The position numbers and the translations under genes were made by a program. Below are positions 61,711 through 64,000 of a stretch of 64,000 nt of DNA, piece after piece (positions within the stretch are counted from its first letter, which is position 1; each line of letters begins with the position of its first letter). This DNA comes from Owenia fusiformis (Eukaryota). The DNA is taken from assembly GCA_903813345.2 (NCBI GenBank), contig CAIIXF020000001.1, positions 8,432,001 to 8,496,000 of the forward strand, given 5' to 3'. Under the pieces are notes generated by a model, which saw only the letters and a program-made list of their open reading frames with translations, was not told the DNA's origin and did no database searches.

Positions 61711-62687
61711 AAACTGAATTTTGAATTAAAATAATGTTAATTCCATAACTGGCAGTGGTATATTGAAAGTATACTTGCCAATATAGCCAAACAAACATAT
61801 TACAGTCACACCTAATGTATTGAACACCTCTCTCTAGTGAGCACTTATCACTAGTGGACACCCTTGCTCTGCACAAAGTCTACTGACTTCTGCATAAATT
61901 ACCCTCTCTGTAATAAACACATACCTACAGAGAACATTTTTTGTGGCCCCATAGATGTTCAGTATTCACAGGTTTTACTGTATTTAAATTTGTCAACATG
62001 GTCATGGTCCATACATTTTCAATAGTTATCTTGGAATTTCCTTGCTATAAAGAACACATGTTGGTTGATATGACAAATAAAGAAATCAATTTTAACCGTG
62101 AGTTATAAGGATGTCAAATGTCATTAAACAATAAGACAGTTGGTTTTGGGACTCTGAAAAATGTTCCTCTCACAGAGGTATTCCACTGGAGGTGTGCTAC
62201 TTCACTGGTTTCACTGTATTTGTTTATGATATTCATAGGCTATGCCTTCCTATTCAATTGATGTGGGGTTTTTACCATGCAAGAAACTTCAATGTATGTG
62301 ACAGTTTATAATTTCCAGTATGCCATTTAAAGGGCCAACAAGAAATCACAACATATTTTGAAGCATAAATTTTTTTTTATAATCTGTTTTATTTCATTAT
62401 ATACAAGTACAAATAGTTTCTGATATAAGTGACCAATCGCTATGGAAGGATAGCATTATAGGTTCACTTTAAGCATAAAATTGACTATAGTATTTTTCAC
62501 ATTATTGACAATGTTAAATAAATGAATGTGTAAAGAATCAAATGCAGAATATTGGGCAAAACTGAGATCTGAACATACATATAATATACAGTAAAACAGG
62601 TGTATGTAAATATATTTCTAAATTGAACATCTCAAATGTAGCAGACTTTCAATCTTATTTTTGGATATTTCGTTGACTCCTTATAGG

Positions 62688-62798
62688 CAGGGGCGAAGGA
62701 ATAATGTACGCAGATATGCAAATTATAATAAAGAAAATTTAACACATTTCCTTATACTTATTTGTGTAGGGTTGAATTTACACCTTTCTACGCCCCTG
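62688..62798. mobile_element. Short hAT-like MITE with a 6-bp flanking repeat
   Basis: tatagg|caggggcg...cgcccctg|tatagg. Confidence 0.65.
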
Positions 62799-63340
62799 TA
62801 TAGGTAGTCATCATCAAAAATAGGCCAGATTTAGCTGTATTGTAAATGGCATAGTAATTTGGGAAAACGTATACCACATTGGCAATAAAATAAAGCATCA
62901 ATTTCCATGAATGAAAACTGAGTTTACTAAAACCCTAGGAAATCAAATGAGAACAGAAAAAGATTAAGAATAAACAAAATGATCTGTCTATACATCATAC
63001 CTTTATAATAAATGGCATTAGTAAATATTGACCACACACGTTTAACCTAACTGGCCATTTGGTTTGTGCTCATTGCACACTGTATGAGATAAAACCCTGC
63101 AATGACTCTCAATATTTATAGTATCACTTGAAATGCGTTTTAATCAATTACTTTGATTTCAATAGCAGCTCGATGATGCATAAAATGCAGTGAGACACTA
63201 TTTAAACAAAATGTACAATATCTGCAATACAGTGTGTATATTGTTCCATTCTTGTCTATTATTGCAGTCTCGCTATATGTAGTCGTATTAATATAAACTG
63301 AGCAGATGAGCGTGTATCATCATCATTTAAGTGCATAATA

Positions 63341-63648
63341 CTACCTCCTTCCATCGTATTGATTTCTATGTTGTGATTCATTATTATATGATCCCCTGGC
63401 CATTTCATCTGGCTTTTGTAATAAGGGTCCTTGGGGTCCATTTCTGGGATTATTTGAAATATTTTGGTTTTCTATAGTTTCATTGTCATCTTTTCCTCCA
63501 CCTAGACCATATGCATGTAAACTGGAATAGTCTGTGTGGTAAATGTCACTGTTCATACTGTTTTCCATGTTGTCTGGGGGTGGCATATTACCTTGGGGAC
63601 CCCCTGGTCGACCTTGGCTCATGTGAGTATTGTTGGGAGGACCATCAC
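63341..63648 (-). CDS. Probable terminal coding exon (G/P/N-rich, low complexity) of an unidentified gene extending beyond the right edge
   Basis: GC-richer open frame DGPPNNTHMSQGRPGGPQGNMPPP...QYDGRR* preceded by a ttccag acceptor. No family recognised. Confidence 0.5.
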
Positions 63649-64000
63649 CTGGAACATTTCCAACATTATATAAATGCAACATAAATTCATTTATTTATTT
63701 TCAGTGGCCAGGCTTATACCATTTTTTATATCTCCGACATATTCCCCACTCTTTGATAGCAATGACTAATAAAAATGACAATTTCTCTGGGAATATTAAA
63801 TAAACAATATGTAATAATACATTTTTTACTATTAAAACCTCTAAAAGAATGAAGAATTTGTCAATTTTCTAAAAAATTACAGAAATCATGTGTGTACTTT
63901 TCAACAAAATCAAGAGACTGGAACTGTATTCAGTAGATTCAAGATATTGGAAAATCAACATCTCCCAAAGGGTCCAAATTTGGTACGGTCATAACTTATG

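Noticed and set aside
63259-63441. 60-aa alternative-frame ORF
   Set aside because: It overlaps the more plausible terminal exon frame and has no recognisable motif.

Overview
AT-rich animal (invertebrate-type) genomic DNA with spliceosomal introns and dense transposon debris. It contains: (1) two tandem minus-strand paralogs of an Ebony-like single-module NRPS (adenylation, thiolation and GNAT-like amine-condensing domains), one complete at 877 aa (15623-18456) and one running off the left edge (1-1440); (2) head-to-head with them, a gamma-glutamylamine cyclotransferase (GGACT) gene whose single first exon can splice in frame to either of two duplicated terminal exons, each with the catalytic Glu at residue 82; (3) a multi-exon MFSD14/HIAT1 MFS transporter on the minus strand; (4) a probable last exon of another gene near the right edge. 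Between the NRPS and GGACT genes is a near-identical ~2.8-kb duplication joined by a 371-bp templated insert. The rest is LINE fragments, an internally deleted Chapaev-like transposon, many MITEs with readable TSDs, and minisatellites. The leading hypothesis is that the NRPS keeps the Ebony beta-amino-acid signature (V235/D236, G330/D331) but has an enlarged pocket with Arg at 239. Together with the adjacent two-isoform GGACT, it may form an animal acyl-amine (possibly gamma-glutamyl-amine) make/break cluster analogous to ebony/tan. This is inference and needs biochemical testing.
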